DNA from: Monocercomonoides exilis PA203
Taxonomy: Eukaryota > Protista > Preaxostyla
Reading direction: 5' to 3'
DNA length: 64,000 nucleotides
Assembly: GCA_001643675.2 (NCBI GenBank)
Contig: LSRY02000013.1
Location: 1,674,001 to 1,738,000, forward strand
A model generated the notes under the pieces. That model was not told the origin of the DNA. It did not search any database and was given only the letters and a program-made list of their open reading frames with translations. Below, piece after piece: positions 63,745 through 64,000 of the stretch (its first letter is position 1; each line of letters starts with the position of its first letter). The position numbers and the translations under genes were made by a program.

Positions 63745-63954
63745 ATTTCTCCGTATTTCTCCGAATCTTCTTCCTCTTCCTCTTCCTCTTCTTCTCCTTC
63801 TTCTATGCATGTTATTCCTCTTTCTTATTCCAAGCATTCTTTTCTCTCTTCTTCTCCAATGCCAACTCTTCCTCCCAAAATGAATAAAACTCTTCATCGC
63901 TTACCAAAAATGCCTGTTCCAACTAAAAAACAAAAAAAAATAAATAAATTATAA
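57842..63954 (+). CDS. Ser/Glu-rich low-complexity protein, about 1906 aa, 3 exons
   Basis: Exons 57842-57851, 57964-62934 and 63215-63954; phase-1 GT-AG introns of 112 and 280 bp keep the frame and join the 1782-aa and 243-aa ORFs. Intron 2 contains (CT)n and (TTTTA)n, which explains the spurious hydrophobic ORF tail. Confidence 0.72.
60846..60974 (+). repeat. Perfect (TCT) repeat, about 43 units, encoding poly-Ser
   Basis: Directly visible inside the ORF. Confidence 0.95.
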
Positions 63955-64000
63955 AAATTATTTATTTATTTATTTAAATTAAAAAATTTATTTATTTATT

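Noticed and set aside
58911-63764. CRISPR-like array from the repeated 20-mer
   Set aside because: Spacing is irregular (hundreds to thousands of bp), the copies are in frame within eukaryotic exons, and no cas genes are present.
45718-63897. Numerous antisense and alternative-frame ORFs (poly-F/S/L/K/R)
   Set aside because: They are shadows of stop-free GAA/TCT repeats and have no independent coding signal.

Overview
AT-rich eukaryotic DNA with short GT-AG introns and the standard genetic code. The gene families and Ser/Glu low-complexity style suggest an oxymonad such as Monocercomonoides (inference). Bases 1-44 kb hold one intact beta-helix surface-protein gene, several decayed paralogues and a dense, nested set of DNA transposons. 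These are three DD35D pogo/Fot1-like transposases, a 3.37-kb hAT element with an 8-bp TSD, two TA-flanked Tc1/mariner-type MITEs, and five full copies plus orphan ends of a GGG...CCC MITE with 4-bp AWWT TSDs (a Sola signature). The most unusual feature is a decayed, multi-intron Sola-type DDD transposase (13152-17496, minus strand) with a ubiquitin-specific protease (USP/C19)-like domain inserted in frame inside it. A GC-rich hairpin cassette lies just beyond its 3' end. Bases 45-64 kb hold three long genes built largely from GAA/TCT microsatellite. They share short DNA cassettes, including an empty/filled-site pair for an in-frame ATTTCTCCGTATTTCTCCGA module. All family calls come from motifs read by eye; no database search was run.
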